Positions 32,174 to 41,646 of a stretch of 64,000 nt of DNA are shown in pieces. Numbering within the stretch: the first letter of the stretch is position 1; each line of letters opens with the position of its first letter. This stretch comes from an uncultured Gemmatimonadales bacterium (GTDB taxonomy: Bacteria; Gemmatimonadota; Gemmatimonadetes; Gemmatimonadales; Gemmatimonadaceae), in the NCBI GenBank assembly GCA_963851265.1, contig CAWKNZ010000007.1:544001-608000 (forward strand), in the 5' to 3' direction. The notes beneath the pieces were generated by a model that did not search any database, was not told where the DNA came from, and was given only the letters and a program-made list of their open reading frames with translations. A program made the position numbers and the translations under genes.

Positions 32174-32989
32174 TCAGGACGCGCGGCGCAGGTCGACGCT
32201 CCCGTTGACGGTGCGCAGGCGCACGTGGCGCGAGCCGTCGCCGATGGTCGCGCGGAGCCGGCGCGGGTCGATGCGCCCGCTCAACGTCACCGGGAACTCG
32301 GTTCCGACGCGCCCGTTGACGGTCGACAGCTCGACCTCGGCCCCGAGGGACGACGGCATCTCGACGGTCACCGAGCCGTTAGTCGTCGCGAAATCGAGGT
32401 CGTGCGCGCTCCCGGCGTCCGACATCCGCGCCCACACCGAACCGTTCACGGTACGCGCGCTCACCGGACCGCCGTCGGTCTCCGCGCGCACGCTGCCGTT
32501 CACGGTGTTCGCGACCACCTCGGCGGTCGCGCCGCGCACGTCGAGGCCGCCGTTCACGGTCGCGACGTCGAGCTTGACGCCCGTGGGCACGCGCACGGTG
32601 AACGCCGCGCTGACCCAGCCCTGCCGGTTGCCCTCCCACCCGTTCGAGTTCCGTTCGTTGTGGTAGCCGCGCTCGTCGCAGGTGGACTGCGCGTTCCAGA
32701 GCGCGCAGAGCACCATCCCCTGGCCGTCGTCGGCCTTCTGCACGACGAACCGCACCTGCCGCGGGTCGGCGTCGCCGTGCGTGACCCGGTCGGCGGTGAC
32801 GAGCACCTGGTCGCCCGACGTCGACTCGACGCGGATGGGGCCGTTGAGGTTCCTGACGTAGAGCCAGCGTCCGGCGGGCACGCGACCCTGCCACGAGAAC
32901 GCGTTGTGTTCGACGCGGTCGGCGCCGTCGTACTGCGCGGAAGCGAGCGCGGGGAGCGACACCGCGGCGAGGGCGAAAACGAGGCGCAC
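32174..32989 (-). CDS. DUF4097 beta-strand-repeat secreted protein
   Basis: Repeated TVNG motifs; signal peptide. Confidence 0.85.
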   Translation of the reverse strand: MRLVFALAAVSLPALASAQYDGADRVEHNAFSWQGRVPAGRWLYVRNLNGPIRVESTSGDQVLVTADRVTHGDADPRQVRFVVQKADDGQGMVLCALWNAQSTCDERGYHNERNSNGWEGNRQGWVSAAFTVRVPTGVKLDVATVNGGLDVRGATAEVVANTVNGSVRAETDGGPVSARTVNGSVWARMSDAGSAHDLDFATTNGSVTVEMPSSLGAEVELSTVNGRVGTEFPVTLSGRIDPRRLRATIGDGSRHVRLRTVNGSVDLRRAS

Positions 32990-32998
32990 GAGAGGGGC

Positions 32999-34246
32999 TC
33001 AGTTCCGGGGGGTGGTCGCGCGGGCGATGACGATCGTGCCGCTGAAGCTCTGCGCGGTGATCCGCGCGCCGCCGCCGCCGATGGTGAACTCCATCCGGCG
33101 CGCGCTGCGCAGAGGGGAGCCGTCGCCGCCGCGCGCGCTCGGTTGCATGGTGAGCGGGATGCTGGTGTCGATGGACCCGCTGAACGTCTGCAGGCTGAGT
33201 GCGGCCCCGGCGTCGGGCGGCAGCACGAGCCGCACCTCGCCCGACTGTGTGCCGAGGTCGTAGCGCCCGTCGCGAGCGAAGGTCCCGTCGTACGCGATGT
33301 CGCCGCTGGTGGTCTGGGCGCGGAGGCGGCCGAGCTGCCCGGCGCGCACCTCCACGTTCCCACTCACGCTTCCGACGTCGGCCTCGCCGCGCACGTTCGC
33401 GATGCGCACGTCGCCCGACACGCTGCGCGCCCGGACCTCGCCATCGAGGCTCTGGCCGTGCACGGAGCCGCTCACGCTGGTCACCGAGACGCGCCGCGTC
33501 GCGTCCTGGACGTCGACGTCACCGCTCACCGTCTCGGCGTCGAGCTCGCCGTGGACGCCGCGCACGCGCACGTCGCCGGACACCGAGTTCGCGATCACGC
33601 GCGTGCCGACGGGCACGACGACGTCGAGCTGCTGGTCGCCGCTCGAGCGGTTGCGTCCGCGGACGGTGTAGACGCGCACGCTGCCGCCGTTGGGCCCGTC
33701 GCTCCGCTCGAACCGGAAGGGCAGTCGATCGCTCCGACCCCGCACGCGCACCTCGGCCCGGTCCCACGCGGTGACCGTGACGGGCCCGCTGACGAGCGAG
33801 AGATCGACCGCGCCGCCGCGGGTGAAGCTGACGGTGGTGTCGAGCCGCGTCGGGCCGTGCAGGTCGCGTGGGTCGGGCTCGTAGTCACGCCCGAAGTCGA
33901 GGTTGCGGAGCTCGACCGCCGCGCGCCGCATGCCTTCCGCGGCTCCGCGGACGCCCGCGGCCGCGGCCTCACCGACCGCGCGGCCGAGGTCGTGGAACGC
34001 CGAAGAGTCGGGGTCGGGTGCGTCGGTGTCGCACCCGCCACCGCATGCGGCTCTCAGCCGCGCGATCTGCGACCGTAGCGAGTCGCGCCGCGACTGCGCA
34101 CGGCGCCGCGCCTGCGCGCGGGTCGAGTCGTCGGACGGGGTGGTGTCGAGCACGGCAGCTGCGACGGGACCCGCTACGCGCGACGGGCCGGGCGCGGGCG
34201 GGCGGGCGACGGTCGTGATCGCGACGACGAGAAGGGGGAGGGACAT
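32999..34246 (-). CDS. DUF4097 beta-strand-repeat protein
   Basis: Repeated SVSGD/TVSGD motifs. Confidence 0.85.
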   Translation of the reverse strand: MSLPLLVVAITTVARPPAPGPSRVAGPVAAAVLDTTPSDDSTRAQARRRAQSRRDSLRSQIARLRAACGGGCDTDAPDPDSSAFHDLGRAVGEAAAAGVRGAAEGMRRAAVELRNLDFGRDYEPDPRDLHGPTRLDTTVSFTRGGAVDLSLVSGPVTVTAWDRAEVRVRGRSDRLPFRFERSDGPNGGSVRVYTVRGRNRSSGDQQLDVVVPVGTRVIANSVSGDVRVRGVHGELDAETVSGDVDVQDATRRVSVTSVSGSVHGQSLDGEVRARSVSGDVRIANVRGEADVGSVSGNVEVRAGQLGRLRAQTTSGDIAYDGTFARDGRYDLGTQSGEVRLVLPPDAGAALSLQTFSGSIDTSIPLTMQPSARGGDGSPLRSARRMEFTIGGGGARITAQSFSGTIVIARATTPRN

Positions 34247-34249
34247 GGG

Positions 34250-35080
34250 TCAGGTGTGCGACAGGAGTGCGGCGGTTCGAAGCAGCTCGACCTTCTGCCC
34301 CAGCGCGCGCGTGAGCTGCTCGCCGAGGAACGGGCTGCGTGGGTCGTGGGCGAGGGCGGCCCGACTCGCCGCGATGGCCGCGTCGATGATGCGGAGGTTG
34401 CGCGTGAGGACGTCGACGGTCGCGGAATCCAGCTCGCCGCGCCGGTCGCTGACGACGACGCGGAGGTCGGCGATCTCGCGGTCGTAGTCGACGGCGCCGG
34501 GGACGCCGCGATCGACGGGGCCGGCGGACCAACGAGCAGCCGAGCGTGCCTCGGTGCGCGCCTCGCCGCGGTCGGCGGCTCGCTCGCGCGGCTCGGGGCG
34601 GGACGGGACGGCCTCGGTCGATCCCGGCTCGTCGGGTGCGCGCTGCGTGTCGCGTCGGGCGGCCGCGACGGTCACCGACGGCACGGCGAACGCCGACCCC
34701 GCGACGGCGTTCGGCTCGGCTGCCGGTCGCCGGAGGGCGAGGTAGGTCGCGCCGGAACTCACGGCCATGAGCGTGACAGCGGCGGCGGCGAGCCACGGCG
34801 CGCGCTCGGAGCGGGCGACGCGCGGGACACGGAACGGCAGCACGCGCGCGCCGGCCAGCTCGGGGCCGGCGGGCGCGCGCGGAACCGGGTCGAGGTGCGC
34901 GGCGCGTGCGGACGCCGGGGCGGCGTCGAGCCGCGCGGCGATTTCGGGCCAGAGGTCGCGCGAAGGGCGCAACGTGGGGAGGGACCCCGCACGCGCGACG
35001 AGGGTGCGGAGCGTCTCGTCTTGCGGGTCGTCGGGCGAGCCGTCGTCCGGGACGTGGTCGTGGTGTGTCGGGTGCGTCAT
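34250..35080 (-). CDS. Putative anti-sigma factor (single TM)
   Basis: ATGA-coupled to ECF sigma; PSRDLWPEI, TM, C-terminal NLRIIDAAI...DP. Confidence 0.7.
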   Translation of the reverse strand: MTHPTHHDHVPDDGSPDDPQDETLRTLVARAGSLPTLRPSRDLWPEIAARLDAAPASARAAHLDPVPRAPAGPELAGARVLPFRVPRVARSERAPWLAAAAVTLMAVSSGATYLALRRPAAEPNAVAGSAFAVPSVTVAAARRDTQRAPDEPGSTEAVPSRPEPRERAADRGEARTEARSAARWSAGPVDRGVPGAVDYDREIADLRVVVSDRRGELDSATVDVLTRNLRIIDAAIAASRAALAHDPRSPFLGEQLTRALGQKVELLRTAALLSHT

Positions 35081-35637
35081 GCTTGCAGGACCTCGCGGAG
35101 GAGGACGCGCGCGCGGTGCAGTTGAGCCTTGCTGCCGCCGGCGGTGATGCCGAGGAGCGTGCCGATCTCCTCGTGCTTGTAGCCTTCGACGTCGTGGAGG
35201 ACGAACACGCGCCGGGCGCCCGGTGGCAGCTGCGCGATCGCGTACTCGAGGTCCATGCGGTCGCCGGGCGCGACGGCGCGCGCCGGGATGCGGGCTCCGA
35301 CGTCGTCGTCCTCGTCGCTGGCGAGGTGCCGGCGGCGCCGGCCGTCGGCCTCGCGCCGGTTGAGGACGACGTTGACGGTGAGGCGGTGGAGCCACGTGCT
35401 GAAACTGCTCTCGCCGCGAAAGAGCGAGAGCTTCTCCCACGCGCGAACGAACACGTCCTGCGTCAGCTCTTCGGCGAGCGCACGGTCGGCGGTCATGCGC
35501 GCACACAGCGTGAACACGCGGTCGACGTGGTCGCGGTACAGGCGCTCGAACGCCCGCCGGTCGCCGGCCGCCGCGCGCGCGGGGTCGCCGGGACCGTCGA
35601 GTGCGGTGCGGGCCGAAAGTGCGTCCAGTGCAGTCAC
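35077..35637 (-). CDS. ECF RNA polymerase sigma factor
   Basis: GDRRAFERLY, AEELTQDVF, FSTWLHR, LPPGAR.VFVLHDVEGYKHEEI. Confidence 0.93.
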   Translation of the reverse strand: MTALDALSARTALDGPGDPARAAAGDRRAFERLYRDHVDRVFTLCARMTADRALAEELTQDVFVRAWEKLSLFRGESSFSTWLHRLTVNVVLNRREADGRRRRHLASDEDDDVGARIPARAVAPGDRMDLEYAIAQLPPGARRVFVLHDVEGYKHEEIGTLLGITAGGSKAQLHRARVLLREVLQA

Positions 35638-35716
35638 CGAGGGGAACGTGGCGGGAGTTCGCGCACAGGGTAAGACCGACTGATCGCGCGTATGGTTTGG
35701 ACGTCGGGCCGCGCCG

Positions 35717-38089
35717 TCATGGCGTGAGCAGGACGAGCGCGCGGAGCGTGGCTCGCGCGGCCGTCCGATCTCCCTCGTTGCCGGACCCAGCCGCCGCGGC
35801 GAGTCGGACAGCGGCCGCCAGCCATTCGGCGTCGCTGGTCGCGCTGCGTCCGGCATCGTCTCGGGCGTCGCGCGCCACGTTCCGGAGGGCGGCCTCACGC
35901 TCGGCGCTCAGCGGTCGGGCGAGAGCGGCACGTAGGGCGCCCGCGGCGGTGGACGTGAGCGCGCGCTGGTCGGGCGCCGCGGTCTGGAGCGCACGGGTGG
36001 CGCGGGCGAGGATCGCGGCGCGCGGGTCGCGCCCGGCGTCGCGGGTACGATCGGCACTACGGACCGCGGCGCGCGACGGCGCGATCGCGCCATGCACGAG
36101 TTGGTGCCGCGCCCAGCGAGCGAGTGCGCGGCGGGCCGCTGCCACGTGGTGCGGCGACGGCGTGACCGACGCGTCCGCGCGCGCGAGGGCCGCGAGGGCG
36201 CGGCGCACCGTGTGAGGCGCGCTCGTCGGGCCGCGAGTACGCAGGGCAGCGACGAGAGTGGGCACGTGAAGCGCGCCCAGTCGTGTCGGAAGGGCGACGA
36301 CGGCGAGGTAGCCCGACGCACCGCAACGGACTGCCGCAATCACGCGCGCGTTCGACGTCGGTCGCCCTTCGCACCGCGTCGCGCTCGGCGGCTCCTGCCA
36401 CGCGCTCCAGCGTTCGAGCAGGCGGTCGCGGGCGAGTTCGGCGACGGCGGCGGTGGTGACCGACGTGAGCGTGGCGCCATGACTGGCGCGGCGACTGTAC
36501 GGCGCGACGCCGCGCTCGAGCGCGCTCGCCCCGACGGTCTGGTCGGCGGCGCGGCACTTGCCGCGGGCGTGGGCGGCCAGGCGGAGTTCGCGCGCGAGGG
36601 CGGGCGGGGGGCGGAACGCGTGCACGTAGACCGTGGCGGCGGGCGCGCCTGGGCGGACGGCGCGACCGGTGCGCTGGGCGAGGCGGGCGGGGGTCCACGG
36701 GAGGTCGAGGTGGACGACGACCGACGCGTCGCGGAGGTCGAGCCCTTCGGAGAGCACGTCGGTGGTGAGCAGCAGGTCGATGCGCTCGATGTCGGCCGGC
36801 GGCGCGCAAGCCTGGCCTAACGGGGCGAAGCGCGCGAGCACGTCGGCCCGTGACAGTCGGCCCGAGGCGATACGGCCGCCGCCGGCGGTGAGCATCGCGA
36901 CCCGGCCGTCGGGGGCGAGGGCCGCGTACAGCGCGCGGACGGTGTTGGCCGAGTGGCTGAATGCGACGATGCGCGTGCCCGGGTGGCGGGCGCGGATCGC
37001 GCGCAGGTGGGCGACTCGCTGCGCGTCTCCGGCGGCGCGCGCGAGCAGGGCCACGACGCGGCGCAGGGCGGCGACATGCGCGCCGATCTGCGCGCGGGCG
37101 ACCTCCGGTGCTGGGCCGTCCAGCGCGGCGGGGACGAGTGAGAGTTGGACGGTGGATGCGTCGGTGTCGAGGGTGCGGGTGAGCGCGTGCAGATCGGCAC
37201 GCGTCGGGTGGTGGCCCGCGTCGAGTGCGTCGCTGACGGCGAGGGCGCGCGCGAGTCGGCGGCGCACGGCCCTGCGGAGCGCGGCGTCGCTCGACGCCCA
37301 GAGCCGGACGAGCGTGTAGCGGTCGAGGTCGGGTGTCGGCGAACCGTCGGCGGGTACGACGGCAGGTGGGAGGGTGCGGAGCGCGTCGAGCACGTCTGGC
37401 GCCTCGTCGAGGTCGATCCACGACGTTGGCGCGACGATCGGGCGGTCGGCGGGCGGTTCGCCGCCCGTGCCGTCGCGTACGTCGGCGGCCGAGCGACGGA
37501 CGACGAGGCGGGCGAGGGTGGAAGCGTCGAGGGTGCGGCCGCGCGCACCGAGTGTGAGGGCGAACAGCGCGGCGAGGTCCTCGGCACGGTTGTGGACCGG
37601 CGTCGCGGTGAGGAGCAGCAATCGACCGTTGGCGACGAGTGCGGCGAGCGCCTGCCAGCGCCGGGTTCGCGGGTTGCGGAAGTGGTGCGCCTCGTCGACG
37701 ATGACGAGCGGTGGCGTAGCGGGGCCGCGCGGCGGGTCGCGGCCGAGTGCTTCCGTGGAGACGAGATCGCGGGCGAGTCCGGCGGCGTGGAGCGCGGCCG
37801 CCCAGTGGGCCCGGAGCGCGGCGGGCGCAACGATCACCGCGTCGGCCGCGTCGCGGGCGAGGGCGAGCGCGACCGCGGTCTTCCCGAGTCCGACGTCATC
37901 GGCGAGGAGGGCCACGCCGTAGTGGCCGAGGGCGTAGCGGAGGCGTGCGGCGGCGTGGCGTTGGTGCGGTCGGAGCGTGAGCGGTCCTACCTGCACGTCT
38001 GCCGCGCGTGGGGCGAGGCCGAGTGCTGCGCGGGCGAGGCGGGCGCGGATGGCTGCGGGCGGGGGTGGAGCATCGCCGGCGTGCGTCAT
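35717..38089 (-). CDS. SF2 SNF2-like helicase/translocase
   Basis: LLADDVGLGKT (I), VDEAH (II), TATP (III), DVLSEGLDL (V), DLPWTP...QRTGRAVR (VI); ATG at 38089 overlaps the MTase stop. Confidence 0.88.
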   Translation of the reverse strand: MTHAGDAPPPPAAIRARLARAALGLAPRAADVQVGPLTLRPHQRHAAARLRYALGHYGVALLADDVGLGKTAVALALARDAADAVIVAPAALRAHWAAALHAAGLARDLVSTEALGRDPPRGPATPPLVIVDEAHHFRNPRTRRWQALAALVANGRLLLLTATPVHNRAEDLAALFALTLGARGRTLDASTLARLVVRRSAADVRDGTGGEPPADRPIVAPTSWIDLDEAPDVLDALRTLPPAVVPADGSPTPDLDRYTLVRLWASSDAALRRAVRRRLARALAVSDALDAGHHPTRADLHALTRTLDTDASTVQLSLVPAALDGPAPEVARAQIGAHVAALRRVVALLARAAGDAQRVAHLRAIRARHPGTRIVAFSHSANTVRALYAALAPDGRVAMLTAGGGRIASGRLSRADVLARFAPLGQACAPPADIERIDLLLTTDVLSEGLDLRDASVVVHLDLPWTPARLAQRTGRAVRPGAPAATVYVHAFRPPPALARELRLAAHARGKCRAADQTVGASALERGVAPYSRRASHGATLTSVTTAAVAELARDRLLERWSAWQEPPSATRCEGRPTSNARVIAAVRCGASGYLAVVALPTRLGALHVPTLVAALRTRGPTSAPHTVRRALAALARADASVTPSPHHVAAARRALARWARHQLVHGAIAPSRAAVRSADRTRDAGRDPRAAILARATRALQTAAPDQRALTSTAAGALRAALARPLSAEREAALRNVARDARDDAGRSATSDAEWLAAAVRLAAAAGSGNEGDRTAARATLRALVLLTP

Positions 38090-41000
38090 GCGGCCGGCGA
38101 GTGGGCGTCGGTTGCGGGGCGAGTGTCGCGGCGCGGATGCGGCCGGCGCGCCCACGCCGGGGCGGCGGGTTCGGCGATGGCGGCGCGCAGTGGCCGTGGG
38201 GCGAGCGCGGGGGTGGGGATCGGCGTTGGCGCCGCGAGCCCGGCCCAGGCGACGAGCGGCGCGAGTGCGTCGGATGAAAGTCCGTACGCTGCGGCGACCA
38301 CGCGCGACAGTTCGTCGGCTGGCGCGGAGGGCGGGACGGCGGCGAGGACGGCGCGCGCGGAGGGCCAGTCTGCCGGGAGTGGGAGCGTGGCGACCGTCCA
38401 CGCGAGGAAGCGTCGGTATCGACCGCGAGCCGGTTCCGCGAGGGCGGCCAGCCACGCCGCGATCGGCGGGGAGCGGAGCAGGGTCGCGAAGGCGCGTGCG
38501 TCGTCGAGCGCGTGCACGGGGTCGCCAAAACGTGCCGAGTAGCACGTATTCAACGGGACGTGTGGGTCGCCTATGGGGAGGAGCCGGGGGTGGGGGAAGC
38601 GGGCGAGGTCCGGCCAGACCACGCGCGGCGCGTGGGGATCGGCTGCTTCGGTGCGAAAGAGGGCCCACCACGGCGTGCTGCCGCGGGCGTCGCTGCGGGC
38701 CGCGAGTGCTGTGCGCGCTGGTGCGAGCCAGCGTGCCGCGCATGGCGGGAGCGAGCGCAGCAGGCGTCCACGCGCGTCGTAGGGCCAGATGATGTGCGTT
38801 CGGGAGGCTGCGTCTACGTGGGCGAGGTATTCGCCACGGAGAACCGGGCGGAGCAGATCGCGTTCGATCGTGCCGTGTCGGCCGTTCGCTTGGACAAACG
38901 CGTCGGGGCCGTCGACGTGGTCGATCTCGACGAGGAAGGCGGCGTTGTGGCCGGACTTGACGCCGAGTGTCGGGCGGGTGAGCGAGGTCGTGGCCAGCGC
39001 GGGTCCGGCGGTGCGGAGGAGGTCGAAGGCGCGTCGGGCGGCGGCGGGGAGCAAGAGCCAGGGACTGGCCGAGTCGTCCGGGTCGAAGGGAGCGGGTAGC
39101 GAGGCGGGCATGACGGGGCGCGCGTGGGGCGCGGAGGAGTTTGCCACGGGTGTCGCGGTGCGGCGCGCGACCAAGAGCGACGGGTAGGTGACCGCGTCGA
39201 AGGCGGCTGGGGCGTCGGACCAGTCGTCGAGCGACGTGACGTCGGCGGTGCGAGCGACGAGCGCGCGAAGGCCGCCGCCGGCGAGGGTGCGCCAGAGTTT
39301 GGTGGGGAGGAGCAGTGCGACGACCCCGTCCGTGCGGGTGAGGGCGAGTGCGCGTTCGGTGAACGGAGCGGCGAGGTCGGTCTGGGCGGCGAAGCCCTGG
39401 CCGGCGCGGGCGAACGCCGCGCCGGCTCGCCACGCCGCATCGCGCGCCGAGGCGTAGTGCGTGCGCAGGGCATCGCGTGCATCGGGGGCGAGGGCGTGGG
39501 GGCGGACCCACGGTGGATTCCCGAGGACCACGTCGAAGCCACCCGCCGCGGCGGCGTCGGGAAAGTGCCACGCGAAGCCGAACGGGAGTGCGCCGCCCGC
39601 GGCGAGTGTGGCGCGCCGGCGCGCGAGCGTGCGAACGTCGGCGCGGAGCGTCTCGAGGCGGGCCGCGGTCGCGCGGTCCGGTGGCTGGCGGGCGCCGAAC
39701 AGGTCGCGGGTTCGCACTGCGGCGAGCAGATCGTGTCGCGCGTGTCGCAGGTGGGCGAGGGTGCGGTCGAACGTGGCGATCGCGTGGGCGCGTTCGAGCG
39801 CGTCGAGCCGGCGTGCCGCGGCGAGTTTGCGCGGTCCGGCAAGGGCGGCGTAGCGGGCGCGGAGGGCGGAGAACGGTGCGGAGGCCGAATCGACGTCCGC
39901 GCCTCGGGTGATCGCGATGCCTGGCGTGGAGCGCGTGCCCCAGGGTGCGCCGCCCCACGTGTGGCGGGTGAGCGACGCGAGTGCTGGCGGCACGGCGAGC
40001 GCGTCGCCGACGCGGATATTGTGGTCGAGGTTAGGGAGTGGCGGCACGCGGTACGGGTCCGACTCCTCGTGTTCGATCACCACGGACAGCCAGAGGCGCA
40101 GTTCGCACAGCCACACGGCGGTCGGGTTGATGTCGACGCCGAAGATCGAGGTGGCGCAGACCGCGCGCCGAAGCTCGGACGTCGGGCGAGGGTCGCCGGC
40201 AAGGGTGTGGAGCGTGGCGAGTCGCTCGAGGGTGTGGACGAGGAACGCGCCGGAGCCGCAGGCCGGATCGAGGACGCGGAGGCTCGTCAGGCGCGGGCGG
40301 AGGCGCGCGGCATCGGAGGGATCGATCGGCCGGCCGGCGAGGGCCTCATCGATCGCGCGGTCGATGGCATCCCGGTCGACGGCGTCGCCGGGGCGGGCGA
40401 GGGCGGCGCGGAGCGCGGCGGTTGTGGCGTGGTGGACGAGCGCGTGCGGCGTGTAGAAGGCGCCGGACGCGCGACGGTCGTCGGGGCGCATCAGACATTC
40501 GAACGCTCGACCGAGCATCTCGGGGTCGACCGCGGCCTCGGACCACGCGGTCGAGTCTTCGCGGGCGGTGAAGCGGTGGCGGCCGAGCAAGGTGACGACG
40601 AGCGCGCCGAGTGCGGCGTCGCCGAAGCGGGCGGAGCGGTGGCGTCGTTCGAGGGCGGTGGGGGCGAAGAGGCCGCCGTTGAGGAAGGGGATCCGGCCGA
40701 AGGCGCGGGCCGCGGGGGCGCGGTGGCGGCGCGGGGTGTTCAGCGTTCCGAAGAAGAGGGGGCGGAGGACGCGGTCGTGGTATCGACCGCCGGCCGTCAT
40801 GCACGCGTCGAAGCGTCTGGTGAGGAAGGCCGGATCGCCATCGAGCCAGTGTTTCGCCTGGAGAAAGGCGAGAAACAGGAGTCGCGTCGTGTAGAGCAGG
40901 GCGAGCTCTCGCGCGGGCGCCGGGTCGGTGAGGGTCGTCGAGTCGGCGAGCGCGTCGACCGTGCGTTCGAGGGCCTGGTAGAAGCGGGTGCCGAGCGCGT

Positions 41001-41511
41001 CGCGGCCCAACGCGTCGAGCCAGCCGGCGTGCGTACGGAGGTCGGCGCCGCCGGCTGCAGGCGGCGCGGCCGGATCGGCGGCGGCCGCGAGCGCGCGCAG
41101 CGTGTCGGCATCGCTGTCGAGGACGCGGCCCGGGTTGGTGGTCAGGGCGACTACGCGCGGGCCGCGCGCCGCGCGCGACCAGGCCGCGATCGCGACGGTG
41201 CCGTCGCGCGCGTCGCGGAGGATCAGGAGCCAGAGGAGTTCCGGCGACTGCCGCGCGAGGGTGGTGGCGAGCGCGCGCGCGGCGTCGCGGAGCGGGCGGT
41301 CGCCGACGTCGGCGAGGAGGGCGCGGAGCGCACCGGGGCCCGACGCGACGCGGGCGCGGGTGACGCCCGCGTCGCTGAGCCCTGCGCCGGCGCGCGTGGC
41401 GCGGGCGAGGGCGACCGGCGTGCCGTCGACACCGGCGGCGGCGGCGAGGGGGGCGAGCGCGGCGAGCGACTGCGCGCTGGCGAGGAGGCGGGCGGCGTGG
41501 GTGAGCTGCAC
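38086..41511 (-). CDS. Large Eco57I/type IIG-like N6-adenine DNA methyltransferase with C-terminal target-recognition domain
   Basis: IPFLNGGLF, PEMLGRAFE, SGAFYTP, VLDPACGSGAFL (motif I), GVDIN, PLPNLDHNIRVGDAL, GFDVVLGNPPW (motif IV). Confidence 0.9.
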   Translation of the reverse strand: MQLTHAARLLASAQSLAALAPLAAAAGVDGTPVALARATRAGAGLSDAGVTRARVASGPGALRALLADVGDRPLRDAARALATTLARQSPELLWLLILRDARDGTVAIAAWSRAARGPRVVALTTNPGRVLDSDADTLRALAAAADPAAPPAAGGADLRTHAGWLDALGRDALGTRFYQALERTVDALADSTTLTDPAPARELALLYTTRLLFLAFLQAKHWLDGDPAFLTRRFDACMTAGGRYHDRVLRPLFFGTLNTPRRHRAPAARAFGRIPFLNGGLFAPTALERRHRSARFGDAALGALVVTLLGRHRFTAREDSTAWSEAAVDPEMLGRAFECLMRPDDRRASGAFYTPHALVHHATTAALRAALARPGDAVDRDAIDRAIDEALAGRPIDPSDAARLRPRLTSLRVLDPACGSGAFLVHTLERLATLHTLAGDPRPTSELRRAVCATSIFGVDINPTAVWLCELRLWLSVVIEHEESDPYRVPPLPNLDHNIRVGDALAVPPALASLTRHTWGGAPWGTRSTPGIAITRGADVDSASAPFSALRARYAALAGPRKLAAARRLDALERAHAIATFDRTLAHLRHARHDLLAAVRTRDLFGARQPPDRATAARLETLRADVRTLARRRATLAAGGALPFGFAWHFPDAAAAGGFDVVLGNPPWVRPHALAPDARDALRTHYASARDAAWRAGAAFARAGQGFAAQTDLAAPFTERALALTRTDGVVALLLPTKLWRTLAGGGLRALVARTADVTSLDDWSDAPAAFDAVTYPSLLVARRTATPVANSSAPHARPVMPASLPAPFDPDDSASPWLLLPAAARRAFDLLRTAGPALATTSLTRPTLGVKSGHNAAFLVEIDHVDGPDAFVQANGRHGTIERDLLRPVLRGEYLAHVDAASRTHIIWPYDARGRLLRSLPPCAARWLAPARTALAARSDARGSTPWWALFRTEAADPHAPRVVWPDLARFPHPRLLPIGDPHVPLNTCYSARFGDPVHALDDARAFATLLRSPPIAAWLAALAEPARGRYRRFLAWTVATLPLPADWPSARAVLAAVPPSAPADELSRVVAAAYGLSSDALAPLVAWAGLAAPTPIPTPALAPRPLRAAIAEPAAPAWARRPHPRRDTRPATDAHSPAA

Positions 41512-41646
41512 GCCGCGACGGTAGGGCGCGCGCCGCGGAGCGAGGAGGGCGGAACGTTGCGCCGTGGGCCAGAATTTCGCGCGGACGTGCGGGCGGGCCC
41601 GCGGCGGTCCCGTTAGGCGCTACCGGCGGGCGTCAGCCCGCCGCCC

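Noticed and set aside
35717..39958. 1413-aa ORF as one giant helicase
   Set aside because: The first ~620 codons are Arg/Pro-rich shadow sequence overlapping the MTase in another frame; the real start is the ATG at 38089.
35717..41511. Complete BREX or DISARM system
   Set aside because: No pglZ, brxC, brxL or drmA/B/C genes are nearby.
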